A stretch of 60,672 nt of DNA, from the IMG/VR virus record IMGVR_UViG_3300025160_000007, positions 1 to 60,672 of that record. One strand, 5' to 3'. The notes under the pieces were generated by a model. The model made no database searches. It was not told the origin of the DNA and saw nothing but the letters and a program-made list of their open reading frames with translations. Below, piece by piece: positions 9,962 to 19,872 of the stretch (positions are counted from its first letter, which is position 1; every line of letters begins with the position of its first letter). The stretch comes from a virus. Taxonomy: Duplodnaviria > Caudoviricetes. Made by a program: the position numbers and the translations under genes.

Positions 9962-10649
9962 TGTTGTTTACTTAGCTGGTGGGGAGGGTATCCGAGCAGG
10001 TTTGGGATACCCTAAGCAATTTTACAGATTGGGTGGGAAACCTATATTAGTTCATGGGCTTGAGACACTTAGAAAAATTGATATGATTGGGGACATATTA
10101 ATTCCATGTGCCGATGAAGGTTATATATATAAAATATGTAAAGATTTTAATATCCAAGGAATTAGACCCGTCTGCGCGGGAGCGACTCGGCAGACATCTG
10201 TTTATAACGGAATAACAGAGACCTTAACGCCGTTCGTTATAATAATGGAAGCCGTCAGGCCTTTTATAACCGAGGAGCTAATAAGAAAGGTTATAGAAAC
10301 GGATGGAGAAGCCGTTACTCCGGTTAAGAAAAATATTTCAACGCCGCTCTCAATAATTGAGGTTGGTGACCAAATATTTGTTCATCCTTTATCAAGAGGC
10401 TCTGTGGGAGAAGTTCAAATGCCTCAAAAGTTTAATAATAAGTTATTGCTCCGAGCCCATAGAAGGGCATTGAGTAATAACAGAATAGACTATTCCGATG
10501 ATGTTGCTTTGTTGCATTCAGAATTTGGGAAACATGCGAGATATGTTGATGGAATAGAAGAAAATATAAAAGTAACAAGCCCTTTGGATTTAGTTGTTGC
10601 TGAAGCTATATATAACTCTTTGCATGGAGTAAAGGGAGAGAGAGAGTAA
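9948..10649 (+). CDS. IspD/TarI-family cytidylyltransferase
   Basis: LAGGEGIR...PKQF, GATRQTSVYNG, EAVRPF, QMPQKF, NIKVTSPLDL. Confidence 0.85.
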   Translation: MTSIDVVYLAGGEGIRAGLGYPKQFYRLGGKPILVHGLETLRKIDMIGDILIPCADEGYIYKICKDFNIQGIRPVCAGATRQTSVYNGITETLTPFVIIMEAVRPFITEELIRKVIETDGEAVTPVKKNISTPLSIIEVGDQIFVHPLSRGSVGEVQMPQKFNNKLLLRAHRRALSNNRIDYSDDVALLHSEFGKHARYVDGIEENIKVTSPLDLVVAEAIYNSLHGVKGERE

Positions 10650-10656
10650 CTGAATT

Positions 10657-11310
10657 ATGGATAAAACAATAATGATAACAGGCTCAAGCAGAGGCCTTGG
10701 TGCACAAATAGCAAAGGATGCCTGTAAAAAAGGATATTACTATTATGGGATATCTAGATTTAACGATTTGGACGTTGTTAACTATGATGATATTAAAAAT
10801 TATATATTAGGCTTTTATGATAGTTATTATGATGAACACTCAAGTGGAAGGCCGGTCGCCTTAATAAATAACGCGGGGATATGTGTTCCAGAAAATATCT
10901 TTGAATTAAATATTGAAAATTTTATTGAAACGTTTAGAGTTAATCTTTTTGGTCTTGTAAATTGTTGTAATCTATATGCAAAACTTTGTAAGGATTTCTC
11001 AATTAAAGGGAAAATAATCAATATTGCAAGCACTGCGGGTTTGGGTGCTCGACCGGGTCGGTCTGCCTATTCAGCATCCAAAGCAGCGGTTATAAACTTT
11101 AGTTTATCTTTAACCGAAGAGCTAAGGCCTTATGGTCTTAAAGTATATTGTGTGGCTCCGGGAGCCTTTGAAAGCGATATGAGGAGGGAAATAGCTCCGG
11201 ACGATGATTTTGAAAAAATGTTGAAGCCTGACAAGGTTGCTAAGTTTATTTTAAGTTTAGTTGAGGATGGAGACCTGCTGGATGGTCAAATTATAAAAAT
11301 TATAAAATGA
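10657..11310 (+). CDS. Short-chain dehydrogenase/reductase (Bcs1-type ribulose-5-P reductase candidate)
   Basis: TGSSRGLG, NNAG, YSASK; adjacent to IspD-like gene. Confidence 0.8.
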   Translation: MDKTIMITGSSRGLGAQIAKDACKKGYYYYGISRFNDLDVVNYDDIKNYILGFYDSYYDEHSSGRPVALINNAGICVPENIFELNIENFIETFRVNLFGLVNCCNLYAKLCKDFSIKGKIINIASTAGLGARPGRSAYSASKAAVINFSLSLTEELRPYGLKVYCVAPGAFESDMRREIAPDDDFEKMLKPDKVAKFILSLVEDGDLLDGQIIKIIK

Positions 11311-11320
11311 GGATAAAACA

Positions 11321-11473
11321 ATGAATCTAACAAAGATAAAAAGAATGAAAGAATGCAAGGTATGTGGATGTTATACAGATGAAAAATGTGAAATCTGTAT
11401 AACATGCCAAAGTAAACAATGGCAAAAAAATTTAGGATATGGAAAGGAAGATAAGAAAAATGAAACTAAATGA
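11321..11473 (+). CDS. Small Cys-rich protein (50 aa)
   Basis: Manual translation: CKVC...CEICITC; GAGGA upstream. Confidence 0.55.
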   Translation: MNLTKIKRMKECKVCGCYTDEKCEICITCQSKQWQKNLGYGKEDKKNETK

Positions 11474-11870
11474 TTTATTACCGTTAATACACGATGAGCA
11501 GGTTTTTGAAATTAAAATAGGAGATAAACTTATTGACAACTTAAAAAAAATGGCTCTTGTTGAAGAGATAGAATTCCCAGAGGGTGACATGGAGATTGAT
11601 AAAATTAGAATTTTAGGCGACGAATACACGTTCGTTATCCATATAGAGCTTGTTAATTCAGGATTTGAGAAAGAGCTTAGCGACCTTATAAACAGACACT
11701 CTCTTGAAAATGGGAGCGATACTCCTGATTTTGTTCTTGCAAAATATTTATCTGATTGCTTAACAACTTTTAACAAGGCAATAGAGAAAAGAGACGAATG
11801 GTATAAATTTAAACCATGGGGAAGATTAACAAACTTAGAAAATCCCGAAAGGAACGGAAATGATTCATAA
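11439..11870 (+). CDS. Hypothetical phage protein
   Basis: C-terminal LINRHSLENGSDTPDFVLAKYL motif. Confidence 0.7.
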   Translation: MERKIRKMKLNDLLPLIHDEQVFEIKIGDKLIDNLKKMALVEEIEFPEGDMEIDKIRILGDEYTFVIHIELVNSGFEKELSDLINRHSLENGSDTPDFVLAKYLSDCLTTFNKAIEKRDEWYKFKPWGRLTNLENPERNGNDS

Positions 11871-13197
11871 TATATTCTTTTATAATGATTCAAAAAGAGG
11901 GATAACAATAGAAGGCTTATATTTTCCTTCTTTTGAACTTATAGCTTATAAATTAGAAACTGGGTCATCAATACTAAGGGAAGTTAGAAAACATAAAAAT
12001 ATCTTTTATGGGAATGAAGAATGTTTAAGAAAAAGACTTGAAATTGGAGGGAAGAAAATGCTTGTAAATATTATGAATAAAGCCCACTGGACAATTAATG
12101 TGGGCCGATATTCATTTAAACCTTATAAAGAGACGTCAATTAATGTGGGGTCTTGTGACTCTGAATTTAAAGCAATTAGAAGTAATAAAAATCTTAGAGT
12201 GGGGAAAACAAACAACGAACACTATATTAAAAGCCACAAGTTAGTAAAAGGCCTTAAGTATAACTTTATTTTTGATGTAATATCTCAACACGCGGGAGCC
12301 GCTTATATTCATTCAATTGAGGCTCTGGCGAATCCAATTAAAGAAAGTCTGCCTAAAAAAGAGGCTGCTTTCTTTAATCGACCAGCTCCAGGGCCAAAGG
12401 AAAAAGGACTAAACTGCAGATTTTTTAACAGTGCGAGAATTGCCGAACACGGAAAATGTCCAGTCGGGCCTAAGGATGTGTTCATATCTCACGGAATTGG
12501 AGATAAAGACTACTGGACTGCTAAAAAAATAAAAGCGTTTAATTATGCTTTTGTGCCTGGTCCAACTTGGGAAGCCAGAATGCGGGCGACTGGCTATAAA
12601 GGGGAGATTTTTGTTGTTGGCTATACAAAACTCGACCCAATATTCCAAGGCAAATATAATAAAACAGAAAGAGATAAACCTTATATTGCATGGCTTCCAA
12701 CTCATGGTTATGCGAATAAACACAGGGGACGGTCTAGTTATCCCCAATTTTTACAGGATATTCCGCAGATTCCTTTGGACGTATATGACATTTGTCAAGG
12801 AATGCATCCAACAACAAAGCTTCATTCATGTCAAAAGCAAGTTCCAACCATGCAGGAATTAGTAGATGCGGATGTTGTAATAGCAGATGCCGGCTCGACG
12901 TTGTACGAGGCGTGGGCTATTGGAAAGCCTGTAATATTCCCAGATTGGATTTGTAAAAAAGATGTTCTGGGCCATTTTGGGCCTGACAACCTAGAATACC
13001 AGATTTATAAAGAGGGCATTGGATATCATGCAAAGGATATGGCCCATATGCTTCAATTAATAGAAATTGCCTTAAGAGATGGAATGGGAGAAAGAGAAAA
13101 AGAGTTTATTGAAGGAATCTTCCCGGGATCATTAAGGGGAGTTGCCGGAAAGACCGCGGCAGATTCTTTGATTGAAATAAGTAATACATTTAATTAA
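11860..13197 (+). CDS. TagF/TarL-like CDP-polyol phosphotransferase (GT-B) with duplicated N-terminal module
   Basis: ISHGIGDK, VGYTKLD, AWLPTH, ADVVIADAGSTLYEAWAIGKPVIF. Confidence 0.7.
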   Translation: MIHNIFFYNDSKRGITIEGLYFPSFELIAYKLETGSSILREVRKHKNIFYGNEECLRKRLEIGGKKMLVNIMNKAHWTINVGRYSFKPYKETSINVGSCDSEFKAIRSNKNLRVGKTNNEHYIKSHKLVKGLKYNFIFDVISQHAGAAYIHSIEALANPIKESLPKKEAAFFNRPAPGPKEKGLNCRFFNSARIAEHGKCPVGPKDVFISHGIGDKDYWTAKKIKAFNYAFVPGPTWEARMRATGYKGEIFVVGYTKLDPIFQGKYNKTERDKPYIAWLPTHGYANKHRGRSSYPQFLQDIPQIPLDVYDICQGMHPTTKLHSCQKQVPTMQELVDADVVIADAGSTLYEAWAIGKPVIFPDWICKKDVLGHFGPDNLEYQIYKEGIGYHAKDMAHMLQLIEIALRDGMGEREKEFIEGIFPGSLRGVAGKTAADSLIEISNTFN

Positions 13198-13296
13198 ATA
13201 AAAATTTTATAGGTTTGTTGACATATTTAAAAAAACATAGTAATATATAGTTAACTTAAATATATCAATAAACCTACTTTTAAAAAGGAGGATTAT

Positions 13297-13560
13297 ATGA
13301 CATCAATTGAAATATCAAAAGAATTAAATATTCAGCATTTTAGCATAGGGCGAATAATAGAAAAGTATTCTAATGAATTAGAGCTTTTTGGTGATTTGAA
13401 ATTTAAAATAACCCAATATGGCACCGGGAAAGGCACCGCGGGTGGAAGGCCGACTAAGTTGTATTTCTTAAATGAAAAACAAAGAGACTTCCTAATTGTC
13501 TTATTGAAAAACACAAGAGAGAGCGTAAAGCTAAAGGCTGAAATTATAAAAAGGAGTTGA
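13297..13560 (+). CDS. Rha-family phage regulatory protein
   Basis: MTSIEISKEL...H, GGRPTKLYFLNEKQ; own TTGACA promoter at 13218. Confidence 0.75.
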   Translation: MTSIEISKELNIQHFSIGRIIEKYSNELELFGDLKFKITQYGTGKGTAGGRPTKLYFLNEKQRDFLIVLLKNTRESVKLKAEIIKRS

Positions 13561-13567
13561 AGGGAAG

Positions 13568-13948
13568 ATGAGTGAACAAACAAAGAAAATATTTTTACCT
13601 CTTTATCTATTACTATTAACTATTGCTTTTTTAGTTAGCTTTGCAGTGGTCATGTATACAACGGATATATTTTTAAAAGAATCTGATATTAATAAAATTT
13701 TTGAAGAGGAGAACATCGAAAATGTAACAAGGATATACACATCTTCAATGTACCGATTTGATTGGAAGGACAATGGAGAAGAGTGTTCTCTTGAAATCTA
13801 TAATAGTTATGACCAGGTTAATTGGGAAGAAAAACAAATGAGCCAGGTGGATGTAGGTACTTTTTTTAAATATAAAAACATTTTATTTAGAAGTTCCAAC
13901 AAGGAATTAATAAGAAAATATTATGCAAAGATAAAAAGTTTAAAATAA
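13568..13948 (+). CDS. Hypothetical membrane protein
   Basis: N-terminal hydrophobic helix. Confidence 0.65.
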   Translation: MSEQTKKIFLPLYLLLLTIAFLVSFAVVMYTTDIFLKESDINKIFEEENIENVTRIYTSSMYRFDWKDNGEECSLEIYNSYDQVNWEEKQMSQVDVGTFFKYKNILFRSSNKELIRKYYAKIKSLK

Positions 13949-13962
13949 AAGGGGATCAAATT

Positions 13963-14523
13963 ATGGATAATTTTTTAGAAGAACCAAACAACGAGCAGGG
14001 CGAATTAGATTATGCTTTCGAAAATGAAATTGAAGAACTTCAAATGGCCGAAAAAGAAGCTGGCCGATATATTTATGTATGTAAATTAAAAATAAAAGAA
14101 TGGGAAGATAAACTAAAAAAGGCTGAGGAACGAATAGAATATAGGAAAGACTGTTCTAAACATAACATCTATAACTTGTTAAACAAAGCTATTGTGGACG
14201 GGGTCGTTGGGCCTGAAAGTATAAAGGAAGGTAGTCAAACAACTTATACTATCCCATCTGCAAAACTTATATTTCACAAAGAAGAAGAGCAGATAGAAAT
14301 GGTTGATGAAAATAAGCTTTTATTATATCTTAAGGATAATAGTAAATGGGATTATTTAAGCATAAAGGAAAATGTTAAATGGGATGAATTTAGGAAGACA
14401 ATCAGGGCTAAAGATGGAAATATAATTGATGAACACGGAGAGATACTTGAATCAATAAAAGGCCTTAATATAACAACGAAGCCGTCTAAATTTGAAATTA
14501 AGTATTTAGGTAAAAAGAAATAA
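13963..14523 (+). CDS. Gam-like host-nuclease inhibitor family protein
   Basis: Coiled-coil N-terminus, TYTIPSAKL, KENVKWDEFRK, DEHGEI. Confidence 0.6.
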   Translation: MDNFLEEPNNEQGELDYAFENEIEELQMAEKEAGRYIYVCKLKIKEWEDKLKKAEERIEYRKDCSKHNIYNLLNKAIVDGVVGPESIKEGSQTTYTIPSAKLIFHKEEEQIEMVDENKLLLYLKDNSKWDYLSIKENVKWDEFRKTIRAKDGNIIDEHGEILESIKGLNITTKPSKFEIKYLGKKK

Positions 14524-14615
14524 AAGAAACGTTAAATATCATTAATGGATAATAGTGAATTATAAAATAATTATGTTATAATATAATTATTAATTTTGAA
14601 AGGATTGATAATTAT

Positions 14616-15347
14616 ATGAATAATTTATTAACAGTTAAAAAGGATGAAATTTATGTTGCTACTGATATTTTAGCAAGTGAATTAAAAAGACCTCATCAAG
14701 TTATAATAAAATTAATAAAAGTATATGAAAATGAATTAAAAAAACTTGGAATACTCTCCTTTGAAAACCAACTAAAATCTGGAAAAAGAGGACAGCCGAA
14801 AAATATTTATTATCTAAACGAAGAACAATATTTATTTTTAATAATGAATATGAGAACAAAATCAAATGAAAAAGATTTAGTATTAAATTTAAAAATGAAA
14901 ATATCAAAACAGTTTGTTAAAATGAGAAAATGGATATTGGAACAAAAAACACAAAAAGCAAATGCGGAATATATAGCGACAAGAGGAATGTCTAAAATAG
15001 GAAGAAAACAGGAAACAGATATAATAAAAGAATTTATTGATTATGCTAAAAAACAAGGGAGTCAATCAGCTGAAAAATATTATATGATAATTTCAAAAAT
15101 GGAAAACTCAGCTTTTTTTATACTTAAGGAGAAATTTAAAAATGTGAGAGAAGTATTAAGTATAACTCAATTAAGCAAGATAATTGTAGCTGATATGATA
15201 GTTAAGACTGCGATTATAGAAGGCATGGAAAAAGAAATGTATTATAAAGATATATTCCAATTGGCTAAAAAAAAGGTTGTTGAAATGGCTAATAGTGTGG
15301 GAATAAAAGAAGTTTTACCTTCTATTGATTTTAAGCAGATAGAATAA
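14616..15347 (+). CDS. Rha-family regulatory protein
   Basis: LASELKRPH, RGQPKNIYYLNEEQYLFLI, C-terminal ETDIIKEFIDYAKKQGS. Confidence 0.8.
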   Translation: MNNLLTVKKDEIYVATDILASELKRPHQVIIKLIKVYENELKKLGILSFENQLKSGKRGQPKNIYYLNEEQYLFLIMNMRTKSNEKDLVLNLKMKISKQFVKMRKWILEQKTQKANAEYIATRGMSKIGRKQETDIIKEFIDYAKKQGSQSAEKYYMIISKMENSAFFILKEKFKNVREVLSITQLSKIIVADMIVKTAIIEGMEKEMYYKDIFQLAKKKVVEMANSVGIKEVLPSIDFKQIE

Positions 15348-15363
15348 ACCGGAGGTTTTTAAA

Positions 15364-16389
15364 TTGGGTAATAATGAAATTATAAAAAATAGCTTAGATA
15401 AAATATTGATGTATTATGGAGCAATTCCTCCAAGAGGAACAGGCAATTGGACATGCTTAAGTTCGAGACATAAAAATCCGCGAGATAATTTATCGGTTAA
15501 AGGAGACATCTGTTGTTGTCACTGCGGGATTAAAGGGGATTCTTTCGCCGTTATTGGTGAACTAGAAGGCCTCGGCCATAAAGATAAAGAGCAGTTCCTT
15601 TTAATTGTAAAAAAAGCATTTGAAATTTTAAACATGCCTGTTGAATGCAAAAAACCCAACAGGCATGAACAATATGAAAGCAAAAAAACAAAGAAACAAG
15701 ACGGAAATACAATTAATGAATTAACTCAAATTATATCAGAAGTTTCTAAGAAAGCAAAAACAATGAACTATATTTATTTTAAAACAAGAGGGATAATAAA
15801 TCCCTATCTCTTTAAAAAATATAGACTTATTGTTGGAAATCCAAAAAGGATATTCCCATCAAAACTTTTACCCAATTTAACAAATATTTGGGCCTATGAA
15901 TATATAATCCCAATTATAAAAGATGGCAGAGTTGTAAATTGTATCTTAAGAAGGAACGACAACAAGAGCAATTCGAACAATAAAACATTAAATTTAAAAG
16001 GGCTCCCTGTGGAGTTCTTTAATGGAGATTACCTGAAGGAAACAAACTTAAAATATATATTTATATGCGAGGGTGTATTTGATGCCCTTACGTTTTTAAA
16101 TTTTGGGCATAAAGCCTTGTCAATTAATTCAATAGTAATGATTAATAAACTATTCCAAGAGGTTAAAAACAATAAAGAAGGGCTAAAAAATACTATATTC
16201 TTTATAGCTTTTGACCAAGATGAAAAAGGCTGGGGACAAAAAGCTGCAGCAGAATTAATAAACAAATTAAAAAGTATTAATATCAAAGCTAAAAGCCTAA
16301 AGTTAAAGGAATACAAAGACATAAATGAATATTATTGCAATAATCAAAAAAGTTTCTTAGAAAGTATTGACAAAGTAATACCCATATAG
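15364..16389 (+). CDS. DNA primase (Zn-binding + Toprim)
   Basis: Cys/His N-terminus; ICEGVFDAL, AFDQDEKG, KDINE. Confidence 0.85.
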   Translation: MGNNEIIKNSLDKILMYYGAIPPRGTGNWTCLSSRHKNPRDNLSVKGDICCCHCGIKGDSFAVIGELEGLGHKDKEQFLLIVKKAFEILNMPVECKKPNRHEQYESKKTKKQDGNTINELTQIISEVSKKAKTMNYIYFKTRGIINPYLFKKYRLIVGNPKRIFPSKLLPNLTNIWAYEYIIPIIKDGRVVNCILRRNDNKSNSNNKTLNLKGLPVEFFNGDYLKETNLKYIFICEGVFDALTFLNFGHKALSINSIVMINKLFQEVKNNKEGLKNTIFFIAFDQDEKGWGQKAAAELINKLKSINIKAKSLKLKEYKDINEYYCNNQKSFLESIDKVIPI

Positions 16390-16395
16390 TATTAT
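16367..16395 (+). promoter_or_regulatory. sigmaA promoter with GTAATAC box
   Basis: TTGACA-17-TATTAT; box 2 nt after the -35. Confidence 0.75.
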
Positions 16396-16442
16396 GTGAG
16401 CATAGTAAATAAAATAAATTAAAATATTAGGAGGAACTAAAA

Positions 16443-17132
16443 ATGAAAAATATAATTAAAGTATTAGGATGGTTGTTATTCCCATACATAATGGTGGGGA
16501 TTTTGGTTGGAAGGAAAAGCGAGAGTAAATTAGCCGGATTCATGTCAGGGTTTTTTGTATTTATTCTTGTATATGCTGTAATAATAGAGCCTTATGGCGA
16601 AAACTCAACAACGTATAATACAGGGACACCAATTAGCGTCTCGGCAAAAGATATCCCCGAAAGTAAAAAGACGTTACAACCGTCACCAAGTCAATCAGTT
16701 AAACCTTCAATTAAGCCATCACCGAGCCCAACAGTTAAAACAACATCAGTCAAGCCATCAGTTAAACCATCACCAAGCCCAACAGTTAAGCCTTCTGTTA
16801 AACCATCAGTTAAGCCATCACCAAAAATTATTGTAAAAAAAGAAACGCTTTCTCAAAAAAATGCAGTAAAAGCAGCAGAAAACTATATTAGGATTATGCC
16901 TTTCTCAAGAGATGGCCTAATAAAACAGTTAAAATATGAAGGTTACTCGACAGCAGACGCGACTTATGCGGTTGATAAGCTTAAGATTGATTATAATAAA
17001 CAGGCTCTAAAAGCGGCAGAAACGTACCTCGACATGATGGCTTTCTCAAGGAGTGGATTAATAAAACAGTTAAAATATGAGGGCTATACAACTAAGCAGG
17101 CCACATATGCAGTTGATAAGGTTGGTTTATAG
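16443..17132 (+). CDS. Ltp-family surface protein (superinfection exclusion-like) with Pro/Ser/Thr/Lys linker
   Basis: Two N-terminal TM helices, (S/T)VKPS repeats, two A.Y...M.FSR.GLIKQLKYEGY...A.YAVDK domains. Confidence 0.85.
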   Translation: MKNIIKVLGWLLFPYIMVGILVGRKSESKLAGFMSGFFVFILVYAVIIEPYGENSTTYNTGTPISVSAKDIPESKKTLQPSPSQSVKPSIKPSPSPTVKTTSVKPSVKPSPSPTVKPSVKPSVKPSPKIIVKKETLSQKNAVKAAENYIRIMPFSRDGLIKQLKYEGYSTADATYAVDKLKIDYNKQALKAAETYLDMMAFSRSGLIKQLKYEGYTTKQATYAVDKVGL

Positions 17133-17485
17133 GAGGAGCGAAATGGAATTTATAACTCCAGAAGATTCAAAAAAGATTATTGAAGCTTCTATTAAAAAAG
17201 ATAATCTGTTATATCATTTTAAAATAGAGAATCAACAGAGAATATTTTTAAAAGATTTAGATGAGATGATATGGAAATTTAATAGTTTAGTTAACAATAT
17301 AAATTGTATTGATTTTAAAAGCTATTATCTTGATAAGGATTATAAAAGCAAAGATATTATTAAAGAGCTATTTAAAATAAATAACCTTGTTAAACAATAT
17401 ACAGAGATGGTTATTGATAGGCATGGGATTGATAAAAAGGAATTCATTAATACTGTTTTAAATTTAAGCGGTGGGATAACTTGGG

Positions 17486-17887
17486 ATGAAGATGGGGGTC
17501 GAAACATTGGACTGCAAAATATGTGGAAGACGGATGGAATTAAAAGATTCCAATTATGAATATTGGAATCTTCAATATTGGGAAGGGTTTAGTTGCATTT
17601 GTGGGAACGTTGAACTTATTTATTACTCAGAAGATGAATACAGAAATAGGCAGCAAAAAGCAAAGAAAATAAATCAATATGATTATATGAAGATTTGTCC
17701 TAATTGTAAGAGCGATTTAATTGAAGATATTGGACTAGAGGGCTTTAGTTGTAAAAATTACAAATGCAAGAGATTTTATACCTTTGAGGAGTTGTATGAA
17801 ATGAAAACAGGAGGGCTTGAATTATCAAAAGCATTCAACCAGGGTTCAAACCCATTCTCTTTTTTGAAACTGCCGAAAGGTAATTAA
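17486..17887 (+). CDS. Cys-rich (Zn-ribbon) hypothetical protein
   Basis: CKIC, CIC, CPNC, CKNYKC. Confidence 0.6.
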   Translation: MKMGVETLDCKICGRRMELKDSNYEYWNLQYWEGFSCICGNVELIYYSEDEYRNRQQKAKKINQYDYMKICPNCKSDLIEDIGLEGFSCKNYKCKRFYTFEELYEMKTGGLELSKAFNQGSNPFSFLKLPKGN

Positions 17888-17908
17888 TTATTAAAGGAGG
17901 TATGCTAA

Positions 17909-18073
17909 GTGGCTGATATAGGTAAATGTAAATTATGCGGAGGCGATTTGGTTAATTTTGAATACAAGATAGTTAATCAGAATATAGTAAAAGCATATGT
18001 TTTTAAAGGCGTAAAATGTTCAAATTATCCTAGGTGCGAATTCAAAGTACCGAAAGATGCCAAAGAATTATAA
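17909..18073 (+). CDS. Small Zn-ribbon protein (54 aa)
   Basis: AAAGGAGG SD, GTG start, CKLC...CSNYPRC. Confidence 0.65.
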   Translation: MADIGKCKLCGGDLVNFEYKIVNQNIVKAYVFKGVKCSNYPRCEFKVPKDAKEL

Positions 18074-18446
18074 TTATTGAGAGGAGATTTAAAAAATGAA
18101 ACATTATATTATAAAGACTAACGCAACAAACAAAAACAATGTTGACTGCTATGAAGTTATTAATGGGAATGCTGGATATATGAAAAGAGTTAACTCTTTT
18201 GAAATAGCCAATATGATAGAAGCTGACAAGGTTGGAACGATAAAACTTGAAGATAGGCGAACATATAAAAGCGATAAGAATGATTTAGATTAGAGGTTAA
18301 AATGAAAGCTAAAATTATAAATAACAAAATCTTTATTAGGTTAACAAAGGAAGAGTCGGAACGGCTGGCAGCAAAAGAATCAACTAAAATCAGGCTAAGG
18401 GCGAGTGGTAATTTAATAATAATTAATTGGATTAAGGAGAATAAAA

Positions 18447-19103
18447 ATGGCAGAGATTAACTTGATAAACAAAGACACTAACTTGAAAAATATTCAAATA
18501 GAATGGATAAGATGGGATGCCTATTATGGCATCATCCCATTGACCATTTATAAAATACCGGGTTATATCCATTCTATTGGCGGTAAATGGGGAGAAAACG
18601 ATTATTGGTGCACAAAAAGAGGCCTGGACGTTAATTACGAAACTTTGATGGAATTTAGTGGTTCTCCTTGTAATTGGAGTTTTTCTTTAACTGAAGATAA
18701 TTATTTAAAATGTAAATGGGAAGAGAAGAGAATTGAAAGGAAAATCCAAGTAAAAATTCTTAGGAACAATGATGTTTTTTATACCTTTGGAGCAAACAAT
18801 CTGGATTGGGCCTTAACAAGAGTAAGAATGCTATTGTTTGAAATTGATGAACACCCAATTGAATTTTATGAAATAAATTTTAAGAAACACATTATTGGCA
18901 GAAAGATAGAATGGAAAGGCATACCTTGTATAATAGAAAGCTATTGTATGAATGGGAACTTAATTATAGTTCCAGACCTGAAGCTATCAAGCCATGAAGA
19001 GTTAATGAAAGTATCTCATCAAAAAGCAGATTATGACGGTTATGTTGCCGAAGATTTGTTTGCTGGTTCGATTTTTTGGTTTAGGAGGAGTGAAGATGAA
19101 TAA
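18447..19103 (+). CDS. Hypothetical protein
   Basis: Long ORF with AAGGAG SD. Confidence 0.7.
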   Translation: MAEINLINKDTNLKNIQIEWIRWDAYYGIIPLTIYKIPGYIHSIGGKWGENDYWCTKRGLDVNYETLMEFSGSPCNWSFSLTEDNYLKCKWEEKRIERKIQVKILRNNDVFYTFGANNLDWALTRVRMLLFEIDEHPIEFYEINFKKHIIGRKIEWKGIPCIIESYCMNGNLIIVPDLKLSSHEELMKVSHQKADYDGYVAEDLFAGSIFWFRRSEDE

Positions 19104-19507
19104 GTTATTTATTGATAAAGTTGGTGTTGAAAATGCAGAAATTATGTGGAATGAAATACAAACTATAGGATATGTAGACCCAAACAAAACAACTAATTAT
19201 TTAGATATTATAAATAATGTTGAAGATTTATATAAGAAAATCCTACAAAGGGAAAACATAAATAAAAGGTATTTAGTAAGGGGATGTCCAGCGAGAAGGA
19301 ATCGGTTAATAGTAGACTATAGGGTTCCTATTTCAAACTGCATATTACTAGGGTTAAATGAGGAAAGAATAATAATGTTTAATCAATTAGCAGGAATGCC
19401 GGGCAATATCTTATGTTTATTTGAATCTTGTGTAGAACTCTGGGAAATTAGAAGTTTAATTAGAGAGTTTATATGATGTTTTATTTAATTGAAAGGAGAA
19501 ATGCTAG

Positions 19508-19657
19508 ATGTATACAGGAAATGTTAAGACAACCAAATGCCCTGAATGTGGCCATGAAGTAGAAGTTAACCCAAATCAAGAAGAGGTCACCTGCAATAAA
19601 TGCGACACAGATTTTTATCCAGAACTTGAAATACTATTAACCGAATTAGAATTATGA
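19508..19657 (+). CDS. Small Zn-ribbon protein (49 aa)
   Basis: Manual translation: CPEC...CNKC; AAGGAG upstream. Confidence 0.6.
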   Translation: MYTGNVKTTKCPECGHEVEVNPNQEEVTCNKCDTDFYPELEILLTELEL

Positions 19658-19872
19658 TATAATATAAAAAACCTGTAAACCTATTGTATTTTTGATTTTT
19701 AATAAAAAGCCCTTTTTAGGGCTTTTGTTCTGTTTTCAAATGCATTCTATATGTCTATGTGGACGAATATAGAATATATTTGTTTTTTTTTGTCGTGTTA
19801 TGATATACTAATGTTACGTTATGAAACGGACAGTCGACGGACTTAAAACGGAAATAGTCGACAGACTTAAAA

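Noticed and set aside
9948-10649. ispD as an isoprenoid (MEP) auxiliary gene
   Set aside because: The SDR and TagF-like neighbours point to CDP-polyol synthesis; no other MEP genes
4045-13197. Cluster as a DNA hypermodification pathway
   Set aside because: No base hydroxymethylase, nucleotide kinase or phage DNA polymerase recognised; disfavoured but not excluded
15350-15387. Similarity of the primase start region to the start of gene 3346-3537
   Set aside because: A short AT-rich match largely explained by SD and start-codon composition
16670-16825. Short tandem repeats as a CRISPR array
   Set aside because: Coding repeats without unique spacers; no cas genes
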